From an uncultured archaeon (GTDB lineage: Archaea > Asgardarchaeota > Lokiarchaeia > Sigyniarchaeales > SOKP01): DNA of 50,509 nucleotides. This document shows positions 28,100 through 38,800 of this stretch, one piece after another. The notes beneath the pieces were generated by a model. The model made no database searches and was not told where the DNA came from. It saw only the letters and a list, made by a program, of their open reading frames with translations. The translations under genes and the position numbers were made by a program. How positions within the stretch are numbered: position 1 is the first letter of the stretch; each line of letters opens with the position of its first letter. The stretch lies in contig CAZGJX010000015.1 of the NCBI GenBank assembly GCA_964525635.1, positions 1 to 50,509 on the forward strand, written 5' to 3'.

Positions 28100-29338
28100 T
28101 TGACTGAAATCAAGACGAGATCTGAAATTCAATCTTCCTTAGAGAAAGATTATAAAGATATAGAATTCATAAGTTTGATGAAAAAAGTCATTAGTGAAAA
28201 TATCGAGAAAAATGATTTTTATAAAAATTTGGTTCAAAAATCTGATTTTAATGTGGATGATCTAAATAAAATTGATGATTTAGAATCAATCCCATATATA
28301 TCTACATCTTTCTATAAAGCTAGTGAAAATAAATATCGACAACTTTTAAAAATTCCAGAAAATGAAGTTCTACATTGGAATTGTTCATCAACTACCTCTG
28401 GAGATCCCTCACTTTGTGGTGTTAATCAGAATGATATGGACTTTCTTTGTGAAATGTCAAAGAAAATCTATTTAGATTTTATACCTAGAGATTGGGAAAG
28501 GGCAACAATTTACGTTTTTTCTCCAAGTGCAAAGATGTTAGATCGATTGTGTATGAGATATACAAAAAATCGACCAATACGAGCATATAGTGGAAATTAC
28601 TATAAAGTAACAGAAGAATTAGCAAAGGTCAAATATTTATTTGGATTTTCTCTTCCAAGAGCAATGAAAGCTATCATAAAGACACGTAGTATTGTTGGAG
28701 GATTCTACATTAAACAATCTTATTTTATTGAAAAGATGAATAGAAATTTAGAAAAACCTAAAGAGAAGAGGGATTACATAGCAATAGGAGGGAGTAACTT
28801 TCTAATACAAATATTCATGCAATTTATGAAACAACAGAATGTTAAATATGATTTAGGAGATGAATTTGATGTGGTAATAGGTGGGGGTGGTTGGGATGGA
28901 CATAAAGGACAGATGAAAACCCCTCCTCTAGACAAATCCGAATTTGTTTCAAATATAGAAGAATCTTTTGGAATTAATAAAAATAGAGTAATTGATATCT
29001 ATGGCTTTACAGAATGTCCTGTAGTTTTTGGTAGCCATTGGTCAGAAAAGTATCAAGATTTTCTCTTTCACTGTCCACATTATTCTAGAATCATAATAAG
29101 AGACATCAAGAAATTAGAACCTTTGAATAAAGAAGGAGATAGAGGTTTTCTAGAAGTGTTAACACCTTTCGGTACGAGTGCATCAATAAAACATGCAATA
29201 ATAGTTGATGATCATGTAGAATTGGTGTCTAAGAATAAATGTTCGGAGTGTGGATATGAAGGAAGTACTTTTAGGATTTTAGGTAGGAGCGAACAAAATG
29301 AGGGTCTTGGATGCTCTTCTCTTATATCGTGGATTTAA
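28100..29338 (+). CDS. LuxE-like acyl-protein synthetase
   Basis: 'IPYISTSFYK', 'SSTTSGDPS', 'GGGGW', 'DIYGFTE', 'RIIIRD', 'CSECG..FRILGR...GCSS'. Confidence 0.8.
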   Translation: MTEIKTRSEIQSSLEKDYKDIEFISLMKKVISENIEKNDFYKNLVQKSDFNVDDLNKIDDLESIPYISTSFYKASENKYRQLLKIPENEVLHWNCSSTTSGDPSLCGVNQNDMDFLCEMSKKIYLDFIPRDWERATIYVFSPSAKMLDRLCMRYTKNRPIRAYSGNYYKVTEELAKVKYLFGFSLPRAMKAIIKTRSIVGGFYIKQSYFIEKMNRNLEKPKEKRDYIAIGGSNFLIQIFMQFMKQQNVKYDLGDEFDVVIGGGGWDGHKGQMKTPPLDKSEFVSNIEESFGINKNRVIDIYGFTECPVVFGSHWSEKYQDFLFHCPHYSRIIIRDIKKLEPLNKEGDRGFLEVLTPFGTSASIKHAIIVDDHVELVSKNKCSECGYEGSTFRILGRSEQNEGLGCSSLISWI

Positions 29339-29378
29339 AAAAAAAAGAATTTTTATTTTAGACAGAAATTAATAATAT

Positions 29379-30236
29379 TTACTTTTTCTGTTTTATTTTT
29401 TTCCATAAATATCCATGTACGTCAAATAGAATTAATATTGCAATTATTAAGGTTATTATACAAAAAATAAGCAGATCAGTATCCGTTGGAACACGACCAA
29501 ATAATGCTTTTAAATCAATTAAAAAATTTTCCATCCATGGCCAAGTTCCTGGTAATTCATGTCCATTTAACATATAAAAGAGAAAATCTTCTAATGTACT
29601 AAATTGTATTAACGTACCTGATATATATATATTCCAACTTTGTCTCCTTGTTCCACCACCAAATTTCCAACCTAATGCAATAAAAAGATAAAAATGAGTG
29701 CAAAATATTCCCCAAAACATTAGATAGTAGAAAGAATTATCAGGATCAGGAATAGGTTGGCTCCATATATCACCGATTGCTAAACCAACTATAATTATTA
29801 AAGGGACTAATATTATCAAAAAAATGATTATCAAGATCATAAGCTTATTTTTAAGTATTTTAGGTTTCAGTGCAAAAGCTGGTATTAATCCATTTATTCC
29901 TAATAAAAGATAAATAAAGAAATTAGGTGGTCGGTTAAAGATAATGTAAGATATAATAGGAATAGCGCTCGCAAACCCATATAAAATAATAGCTATAATA
30001 AACCATCTCTTATCTGATTCTCTTATTTCTTGTATTTTATTACCTGCAAGATACATAAATAGAATTGGGAGTACTATTCCTAATATTAAAAGAAGGATCA
30101 GCCAAAAGTACAGAAAAATTGAACCTACATTTGAATTCTCTTGTGCCCAATCTACTTCTGTTGTAACAACCACAATGCCAATGAAAATTAATAAAATAAT
30201 TAAATTTATCAAAAATTTTTTGATTTTTTCTGACAT
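29379..30236 (-). CDS. Hypothetical polytopic membrane protein
   Basis: About 8 hydrophobic segments; 'LEDFLFY', 'WPWM'. Confidence 0.7.
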   Translation of the reverse strand: MSEKIKKFLINLIILLIFIGIVVVTTEVDWAQENSNVGSIFLYFWLILLLILGIVLPILFMYLAGNKIQEIRESDKRWFIIAIILYGFASAIPIISYIIFNRPPNFFIYLLLGINGLIPAFALKPKILKNKLMILIIIFLIILVPLIIIVGLAIGDIWSQPIPDPDNSFYYLMFWGIFCTHFYLFIALGWKFGGGTRRQSWNIYISGTLIQFSTLEDFLFYMLNGHELPGTWPWMENFLIDLKALFGRVPTDTDLLIFCIITLIIAILILFDVHGYLWKKIKQKK

Positions 30237-30471
30237 ATAAAATTACCTGAAAATTAAATATTTTATAGAAGAATTTTATTCTATCTTCTTTTTTTTTTTT
30301 TTTCTATTATACTTAAATTTTATCTCATAATATATAGATGTTATCACCTAAATATTATACAGTTTAATAATTTTTTTAAAATCATTATCTTGATACTATC
30401 CTTTTATTTAATTTATTCTATTATTTTAAATTATATAATTCGATTCAAAAATAAGAGTTAAATAAGAAATT

Positions 30472-30892
30472 TTAACAATAAAGCTTATAATCATTATATT
30501 CAAATACTATTTTATCTAATTCATTTATTTCCGTTATTACTGTTATCTCTCCATTTCTCCCATAAAAAAACCTTGTATTATATTTTTTAATCCATAATTC
30601 ATAATCATCTCTCATTCTGTCATTATACTCTTTAACCTCAAGATATTCACCATTCTTTCCTGAATTTATTAGATAGTTTAGGTCAACATTGTATTTTTCA
30701 GAATTTTTCAGAATCAATAAGTTAGATCCTGTTTCCCTTATCGCTAAAATGAAGGTTAGGATCTCTTTTTGCTAAAACCTTTTTATCATGTCTCGTGAAA
30801 TCCGTTTCAAATGTCTTTAAGTAATCAAGAATTTTAAAATCTTGCTTTAATTTCATATAATATATCTTTTCCATATCGTGTTTAACTTCCAT
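30472..30892 (-). pseudogene. Hypothetical MGE-type protein split by a frameshift in an A5 run
   Basis: ATG 30892 'MEVKHDMEK...FTRHDKKVLAK'. Removing one A (about 30766-30770) joins 'EILTFILAIRETGSNLLILKNSEKY...' (ORF 30472-30717). Confidence 0.5.
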
Positions 30893-30896
30893 TTTA

Positions 30897-31835
30897 TTAA
30901 TTACCTCTTGTATTTTTATTTAATTTTTCAACAAATTTTTCAATTTTAACAAATCTTTTCTCAAAGTCATCAAATTCAAAGTTGTCTTTAATTCTTGAAC
31001 TCCACGCATTAGAGTAAGCAAGATTATACTTATGATGAGCATTAAATTCTTTCATAAGTAAATAGCATGAAATCTCTGCTAAAATCTCATTCTTACTATA
31101 ACTTGAAGTATTTATCTGCCAGTTATCAAACATTATATCTAAGAAATCGGTTATATGATGTCCGATCTCATGAAATAAGGTGTGAGAGCTTCGTTCATAA
31201 ATCTCAATAGTCTTAGTCTTGGGATTGTATTTCCCTTTTTCATCTCCATTTCTAATATCTTTAAAATCTTCGATAATCTCAACCTCAAATTTATTATTGT
31301 CTATGAATTGCATGGCAGTATTGTAATTAATCTCTGTATTTTTCATTATCTTCTCCTCGATCATCTCTTCTTCCTTAAGGTACTTCTCATATGCACTTGT
31401 TTGGGAAATATCAAAGACATGACCAATTCGAAAAAAAGCGAGTTGCTGTTTTTCTTGCTCTTTTTCCTCACTTTCTCCGACCATTAGAACCTTTATTTTT
31501 TTGAAAATGGGAACTAATACCTTATACCCTTTTGAGCCTTTATTAACGGTGATTTTCTGCTTTTTCCAATTCGCAAAACTATTGCATATTCCAACAAAGT
31601 TTTTATCCTCTCGTTTTATTGATTGCATTAGAATTAACATTCGATTTCTAAAGGAGTAGCTATACATTTGGGAATATGATTACTCTAACTCAATAATTTC
31701 TGAAATTGTCTTAGATTCCAAGAACTTTTGATAGAGTTTAAATAACACCTCTTTTTCTTTTTCTTTTTTCTCAAGATAGGTCTTTTTTTGCTCTTCTGTA
31801 AACTTATCCCCATAAGATTTATTTTTTACAACCAT
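30897..31835 (-). pseudogene. ArdC-like antirestriction/ssDNA-binding protein with zincin HExxH domain, interrupted by in-frame TAA
   Basis: 'YSFRNRMLI..Q', 'SFANWKK...VNKGSKG..VLVP', 'VFDISQT', 'HEIGH', 'EILAE'. SD GGAGG + ATG 31835 is in frame with TAA at 31680-31682. Confidence 0.75.
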
Positions 31836-31899
31836 TTTTCTTATACCTCCTATATATTATTAATTTAAAGTGAATTGAAAAAAAATAAAAGAAAATTAA

Positions 31900-32889
31900 T
31901 CAATAAAAACGCTTTATTGCCTCATGTATTAATTCATTTGAATACTGTTTCTTAACCAAAAATTCAATGATATCTAGTTTTTGTAGGTGTCTTTCTTTCA
32001 ATGATTTAATGATCATTTTCATTCTATAGAGCTTAACTTCATTATTAAAATAATTGGGATTTTTCAGAAAGATCTTGATATTTTTCTCCATAAGATTACA
32101 GTATTTTTTTTCCTTATCATTTCCAACCGCTATTCTTCCTAAACGGAGAGCTTCTATTAAAGTAGTGCCAAAACCAGCAAAACAATCAAAAATAACATCT
32201 TTTCTATTAGAAAAATACTTGATGATATGATGGGGAATCTCAAAAGGAAACCTCGCAGGGTGAATATCTTGTAAATCAGGGGGGATTGGGGTAATATGCC
32301 AAATAGAACGTGAATAATTATAGAGAAATTCAGTCTTATTAAAATATTCATCTTTATTATAATCTGATCGTGCTAATTCTGTCGATTTTGAGAAAATTAA
32401 AATATACTCATGCGTCCAATTAGGCTTATAGTAAAAGCTAAATAGTTGATATAGGTATTTCTGTACCCGATGCTTTTTATCATTAAACTCAACAGTCTTA
32501 TCCCAAATTATTGTCTCTTGCCAAATGTAGATTTCTGATAAGAGATTAAAAAAATGAAAGGAGAGGGGAAAATGAATTTTATTTGAGGTTATATCTGAGA
32601 TTATAAGGATTATATATCTTGTACTTTTCAATAATCGTTTTAGTCGATAAAAGATCTCTTTCATTTCTTTAAGATATATTTCATATTCTACAATGGTTTT
32701 TTCTTGGGTGTTGAGATTATCATATATCTTAGCATCTTGAAGTGATGATCGTTTTGATCGTGAATGACTCTGGTAATCTCTAACATTGAAATAGGGGGGT
32801 GAGGTAAGGATGAGCTGAATTGAATTTGATTCCAGCTCTCTTAATGAATCCTCATCCCGTAAGTCCTGATTTAATATTAGATAGTTCAG
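31900..32889 (-). CDS. Site-specific DNA methyltransferase, beta class, probably N4-cytosine
   Basis: In-frame upstream extension has 'IQLILTSPPYFN' (motif IV); 'IIWDK', 'HEYIL', 'HPARFP', 'DCFAGFGTT' (motif I). Probable CTG start 32889 after SD GAGGGA. Confidence 0.82.
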   Translation of the reverse strand: MNYLILNQDLRDEDSLRELESNSIQLILTSPPYFNVRDYQSHSRSKRSSLQDAKIYDNLNTQEKTIVEYEIYLKEMKEIFYRLKRLLKSTRYIILIISDITSNKIHFPLSFHFFNLLSEIYIWQETIIWDKTVEFNDKKHRVQKYLYQLFSFYYKPNWTHEYILIFSKSTELARSDYNKDEYFNKTEFLYNYSRSIWHITPIPPDLQDIHPARFPFEIPHHIIKYFSNRKDVIFDCFAGFGTTLIEALRLGRIAVGNDKEKKYCNLMEKNIKIFLKNPNYFNNEVKLYRMKMIIKSLKERHLQKLDIIEFLVKKQYSNELIHEAIKRFY

Positions 32890-32933
32890 ATTTTATCCCT
32901 CTATTTTGTTTTTAAGTTTTAAATAATTATTAT

Positions 32934-33125
32934 TTATTGCTCTCTGTATTTATCCCTCTCATCTTCAATAAATTTATAACACTTACTTCCTGATTCAAGT
33001 GTCATTAACCAGAGATCCATTGTTGATTCTAATTCCCTTTTTAAAGCATTTTTAGAAGCTAACTTATCTTTACTACAAAATATTAGATCTTTTTCATCTA
33101 ATTCTACATGGAATATGAGCTTCAT
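32934..33125 (-). CDS. Small hypothetical protein
   Basis: SD GAGGGA + ATG; packed in a minus-strand run. Confidence 0.55.
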   Translation of the reverse strand: MKLIFHVELDEKDLIFCSKDKLASKNALKRELESTMDLWLMTLESGSKCYKFIEDERDKYREQ

Positions 33126-33138
33126 TTTTTAAATCCCT

Positions 33139-33315
33139 CTAAATTGTTAAGAAATATTTTGATACTAATTTTTCAAATTCTCGATAAAAATGGTCTTTCT
33201 CAACACCAAACGTATTGATTATATCTAAGATATCATGATATTTTTCATAAGATTGAATCCCATCTTCGAGTTTCTTAGCAAGTCTAATCTTTTGCTCTTT
33301 TATGTAATCATTCAT
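33139..33315 (-). CDS. Small hypothetical protein (58 aa), not in ORF track
   Basis: MNDYIKEQKIRLAKKLEDGIQSYEKYHDILDIINTFGVEKDHFYREFEKLVSKYFLTI; ATGA overlap with upstream stop, SD GAGGGA. Confidence 0.55.
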   Translation of the reverse strand: MNDYIKEQKIRLAKKLEDGIQSYEKYHDILDIINTFGVEKDHFYREFEKLVSKYFLTI

Positions 33316-33518
33316 TCTTCTACATCCCTCTCCTCTGTTATATATCCCAAAGCTCTTAGGGGATTTACTTTTTCACAATTTGGACAGTTATTATAATTAG
33401 GAACTAAAGCGTTGAAATTACAGTAGGGACATGAGATAAAAGCATCTACAAGTGCGTTTGCCATCATTTTCTCAATATCCTCTTGGGTGAGGCATTTCTT
33501 TTTTATATGATTATCCAT
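33312..33518 (-). CDS. Small zinc-finger protein
   Basis: 'CPYC...CPNC..NPL'. Confidence 0.6.
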   Translation of the reverse strand: MDNHIKKKCLTQEDIEKMMANALVDAFISCPYCNFNALVPNYNNCPNCEKVNPLRALGYITEERDVEE

Positions 33519-33913
33519 TATTATTTCACTCTTTTCATAGATTTATTTTTCTTCATTTTAATACTATATATTTATGATAAATCTATTTAAACTCATAGGA
33601 AAATAATGATGCTCTCATGAAAGGGTATTAGATTTACTTTACAATAAATAAAATAACTGTTCATCAATAATGACTAGATGATTTGAAGCTATCTTCTGTA
33701 AGAACTGAATCAAAAGGAAATTTATTCGATATAGGCACATTATTTTATAAAAAAGAAGCATTAATAGATTCCTTACGTATTTGAAGAAATTAATAAAGGG
33801 AATATAATAATTATAATAAAATAATTTATTTGGCTAATCCTAGTTATACCTATTCTTAACCTTATTATCCCTTCAAGAAATAATTATAATCAATATCTAT
33901 ATATAAACACTCT

Positions 33914-34231
33914 TTATCCTATAGGAATGAAAAGTGAATCAACTTCAATTATACGATGTAGTTGCAGGGAATCCTTTTCAAATGTATAGGTAATATCGCA
34001 TTTATTTATCTTTAAACTGTTTATACTTGCTTTATGAATGGTATGCTCGATATTTTTCCAATTTCCATGCTTTAACATAATATTTGAAATAGAAATCCAT
34101 GAATCATTGTTTGAATAAATTTGTTTTTTTCTCACTTTTCCTACTATTGTATATATTTCATTTGATTGAGAATCTCTGAAAGTAATTTCACATAAAACTT
34201 CTTTTGAATTCATACTGTATTTTATTATCAT
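33914..34231 (-). CDS. Hypothetical protein
   Basis: 105-aa ORF only. Confidence 0.4.
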   Translation of the reverse strand: MIIKYSMNSKEVLCEITFRDSQSNEIYTIVGKVRKKQIYSNNDSWISISNIMLKHGNWKNIEHTIHKASINSLKINKCDITYTFEKDSLQLHRIIEVDSLFIPIG

Positions 34232-34358
34232 TCTTATTTAAAGAAAAAAATAATTTATATCAAATAAAATCTCAAAATCGTCTGATTTTCAATTTAATTA
34301 TAATTTTCCTTTAAATACTTGTACTAATAATTCTTATTAAAAAAAATAGAAATTTATC

Positions 34359-34673
34359 ATGTCAGAAGAAGAAAAGAAATATTGCTATAGGGAAGATAAA
34401 ATAATGTATGGATCGATTGAAGATCGATTAAAATATAAAAGAGGAGATATAATTGATTATGGAAGAAATCAGGAAAGATCTCAACGATTTATAGAAAGAA
34501 TTAAAAATAAAGAAGAAGAATCACCAATCAAGATAGAATTCAAGCTCCTATTTCAGACTCATGAAAATATGGATATTTTTATTACTTCAAAAGAGTTTGA
34601 AAAAATATCTGGAAAACTTGCACTTAGTTCCAATAAATATAACGCAGAATTCAAAATAAATGAATTTTCTTAA
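34359..34673 (+). CDS. Hypothetical protein
   Basis: 104-aa ORF with plausible composition. Confidence 0.5.
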   Translation: MSEEEKKYCYREDKIMYGSIEDRLKYKRGDIIDYGRNQERSQRFIERIKNKEEESPIKIEFKLLFQTHENMDIFITSKEFEKISGKLALSSNKYNAEFKINEFS

Positions 34674-34804
34674 ATCCTTCTAAATATTTTTTTAAATTAA
34701 AAAAGAAGAGAAAATCAATATTAAATAAAAAATGCAACGAGAAACAAAGACTCTTTTTTCATTTTTATACATATAAAAAATAGTATATTAAACACTACAA
34801 AAGC

Positions 34805-35359
34805 GTGAGAAAAATATCTTATAGAAGAAGAATAGGGAAAAGAAAATTAAAAATTTCTTTTGAACATATATGCGCATTGGAAGAAATTGAATCGAGATTT
34901 AAAGAGGCAAAGATTCGATGGGTTGTTATCGGAAGTACAAGTTTAGCATTTCATGACATTGGGATTATCCCTGACGATATTGATATTTTAACTGATAAAG
35001 AAGGAGCTTTAAAAACAAATAAAATCCTGAAGAAATACATGGTAAAGAAAGTCAAATGGAGAAAAACCAACCAATATAAATCCTATTTTGGAGAATTCAA
35101 AATGCATTTACTAAAAGTTGAGATTATGGGAGAATTATCGATGAGAACAAAGGACGGATGGAAATCACTCATGCGTAGATTAGATGAACCTGTATATGAG
35201 TATATTGATGGGATACCAATTCCGATATCAAGACTCGAAGATCATTTGGAATTATGCCAAAATTCCATAGTCCAAAAAGACCAAGAGAGAGCTAAACTTA
35301 TTGAGGCTGAAATTAATAAAAGAATTGAAGAAGCCAATAGAGGTTGGGGGATAAATTAA
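34805..35359 (+). CDS. Pol-beta superfamily nucleotidyltransferase
   Basis: 'WVVIGSTSLAFH....PDDIDILT' (GS..DxD), 'KVEIMG'. Confidence 0.75.
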   Translation: MRKISYRRRIGKRKLKISFEHICALEEIESRFKEAKIRWVVIGSTSLAFHDIGIIPDDIDILTDKEGALKTNKILKKYMVKKVKWRKTNQYKSYFGEFKMHLLKVEIMGELSMRTKDGWKSLMRRLDEPVYEYIDGIPIPISRLEDHLELCQNSIVQKDQERAKLIEAEINKRIEEANRGWGIN

Positions 35360-35847
35360 TTTTTATATAGGATTAACTCAGAAATATATTATATTATCTT
35401 CTATTATATTGTTAAATAGTAATTAGAATTAGGTATTAAATTGATTATTTAATTATATGGTCAATCTTGCTTAATTTACGAATTTTGTCTTAAATTTGTA
35501 AGAATTAGATTATTATGTAATTTTTAAATGGATTTATCCGTAAGTTCTCAATTAAGATTTATTGGTTAATTTAATCTATAAAACTATTAAATTTTACACC
35601 ATTAAGATCCAGCTCAGTTTAATCAATGGAAGACTGATTCCCTCAATAATATTAAACCAATATTACAGAATAAGTGACCTAGATCATGATAGCATACGAT
35701 AGCTTTATATAGATTGTAATAATTATATAATATAATTAAAAAGAATTTTTTTTAATTATAAATTCTCCTTACCCATTATCCAAATGGGCAGAAGGAGATA
35801 AATATTATAAAAGAGTCTTATTGAAATTAAAAATCAAACATTATTTC

Positions 35848-38800
35848 TTAACCTCTTGCTTGTCTCTGCGCTTCAAAAATATGTTTGCATATTGCTCCTC
35901 GATATAAATGGTGTGGACAAGTGCATGACCATGCCCCTGTAGAATGGAGTGTAACCGTATATTTTTTATTGGGATCAGAATGGCTCTCGATAAACCATTG
36001 ATTTTGAGCACCTGTATTGGGAGCATGTACAGATATGACCAACTCCTGCTGGGAAGTAATGGTCTTTCGAGCTTTTTTGAGAAATTCAATGGGATTTCCA
36101 ATACCCTCCATATTCTTGATAATTTTTAAGGCAAAATGCTGATTGGTAGAAGGGTAATAATTAACTTGAACATTTCCATTCTTGAACTCTTTTACAATAG
36201 AACAGTTTGGAGGCATTCTTTCTGTGTTCTTTAAATAATTTATTACATTTCTTGCCAAAAGATCTTTTACGGTATTATTCGATATAATTTCAGTCCCTTG
36301 AGCAGTAATTTTATGATATCGAATGGATGGGAATCGATCATCTGGAATGATTGCTTTATGAATTAAAATATCATCCTTATTTACCAGATACCCCTCAATT
36401 ACGGGTATTTTCTCAACCAGTATAAACTCGGTGCATGAAAGATGAAGCCACCAACCTCCTTCCAAATCATCCTTAAGTGTATTGAGATCAATTTTAATTC
36501 TTTCATGGTTTAATTGAGCTTGTTCTGAATCTGAGGATATAGTAGAGTCTGCCTTCTGAGATTTTTCTCCCTTAACTTTTTCTACTTCTAATATTGCTAT
36601 ATTTTTCAAAAGAAATCCAGAATAGGAATCAAAGGTAACCTGACCAGATACTTTTATTTTTGTACCTTCCTGTAATTGATATAGATTATAAGCATTTTCA
36701 TTAAAATACACATGTAGAGTCTTTAATTTCTTCGCATTTTTCGATTTTATCTCTGAGGTGTCAATAACAACATTCTGTAATTGGTTAAGATAATATGTGA
36801 TAATCTTCCCCTTCCATGTATATTGTCGCTTTTCAAAAATAGAGAGGGTTGCACTGTGAACATAGACTAAGGTATTTAGATGCTCTACCAAGAAAGAGGT
36901 ATCGGAGTTTTTATTGATGAGCCGTTTTTCTCCTGATTCTGTTGTAATTATATCGATTAAGTTCAAACGTTCTTCAAAGTTCTTAGGGATAAGTGTCATT
37001 GTCCAATCTGAAAGTGAGAGATATCCTGACTTAAGGCAAAAAATAAATCCAACCCAGAAATGACTACAAAATCCCTGATTTGAACCGATTACACATTCGC
37101 AATACTTTCTTGGAAAGAGTATATTCTTCTCTATAACTGAGATTTTTGTGGTCGTTTCCCAATTTAGCCTACTAAAGGTGATTTTAATATCAAAATTGTC
37201 CTCTTTTTTTTGCTCAATTTCAATTGATTTGATATACTCGCTATCCTCATTATTGATCTTTTTAAATGCTCTTTCTACACCCTCAGTTATAATTTGGTAT
37301 TCAAGATTTGCGATAAGTAGTCTCTTTTGCTCATTAGATAACCTGTTGATCGTATATTCTAATAACCTTTGCCTGTTATAACGTGAATATCCTGAGATTT
37401 TATACTCTCTACAGATTTCCTTGATATTTTCCATATTTAGGGATTGGAATAAACACTGAAGATAGGAACCATCATTCATAGTTCTTCTGGTGTCTAAATC
37501 TAAAATTACCAAGTGTTTTAATTTGTCCTTCTGACTTAATTCAAATATTCCGTTTCCATACAGATGTAATTCTTCTAAGTTTTTCAGTCTCTCAATGCCT
37601 TTAATATCTTCTAGCTGGTTATGGTTAAGATTTAAAATTTTTAGATTTATTAATTTTTCAATTCCAACTATATTTTTTAAATTATTGTGGCTAAGGTCAA
37701 GCATTCTAAGATCCTTTAACGTAAGTAGTCCCTTAATATCTTCAATCTTCTCTATTCCAAGATTTCTCAACACAAGATCATTGCTATATACTTCTATTTT
37801 TTTATTTTTTACAATAACATGCTCTAATTCCCCTTTATCAACTTTTCTGCTGTATTCTACAAATTTTTGGGGGGAGAGTGCATTATCATAGCGATCAACT
37901 CCTCCAAGATGGCTAATTAACTCCTGTGGAATGTTATTTCCTCTGAGGCGAAGTTTCTCCAAATGTGTGAGATTACCAATTCCAGCGATTTTTGTAAGGT
38001 TGTTTCCCCTAATATCAAGCGTCTTTAAAGAAGTTAACCTTTCTAATCCCTTTACTTGTGTTAGGTCTGTTATTCTTTTTCTCGATAAATTTAAACCTAA
38101 GTTAGAATCTACATGATATTCTTTTCCATTATAACTAACAATAAACTCCCGTAAATGACAGCTTGGATCATTTAAAAGCTCCGTTTTCTCATCTTCTGTA
38201 AGGAGATCAATATATTTTGCCCTCATTAAGTTGCATAAAGAATTAACAGAAGCGGTTCTTATCGCAGTTATAAGCCTATTGCTTACGATATCTTGTGAAA
38301 GCGCTCTAATTTTTTTCAGGAAATTTGCGATTTTATTTCGTATGTTATAATCTTTTCCTGCCAAAAGAGTAAAACAAACCTCAACTAAGGCTGAATCGGG
38401 AAGAGAGATGATCTGCTCTAAATCTTTTTCAGAGTAGTAGGTGCGATATCTACTATGAAGAATGTTTGGAAGCGTACTGGTTGTTGGATTTGTGAAAATT
38501 TCGATAATTTTTTCCCTAATAAGCTCCTCTTTTCTGTGAAATCCATGTTGAGCTAAATTCCTAATAATTGCCTCTGCTCTATTAAAATTCTCGTTAAACA
38601 GCTTATTATAATCGATTTTCTTGAAAAATTGCTGTTTTTCTGAATCTGTTAGAGATGATAAATACCTATTTCTCATGATCTGTTCGAGATTAAAAATATT
38701 CAAAAGTTCAGAAGAGGTTAAAAGCACCTGCTTGAATAAGCTTTTTGCTTCTGAAATTCCCTCCCTTTCAAATAATTGAAGAACTATAAGCTTGGTATAG

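Larger units (their letters stand above)
30472..33560 (-). mobile_element. Remnant of a plasmid/virus-like leading-region cassette
   Basis: Co-oriented, tightly packed small ORFs plus ArdC and orphan methylase; no integrase or att site seen. Confidence 0.5.

Noticed and set aside
35360-35840. Long intergenic region as CRISPR or ncRNA
   Set aside because: No regular repeats or GC-rich stems visible.
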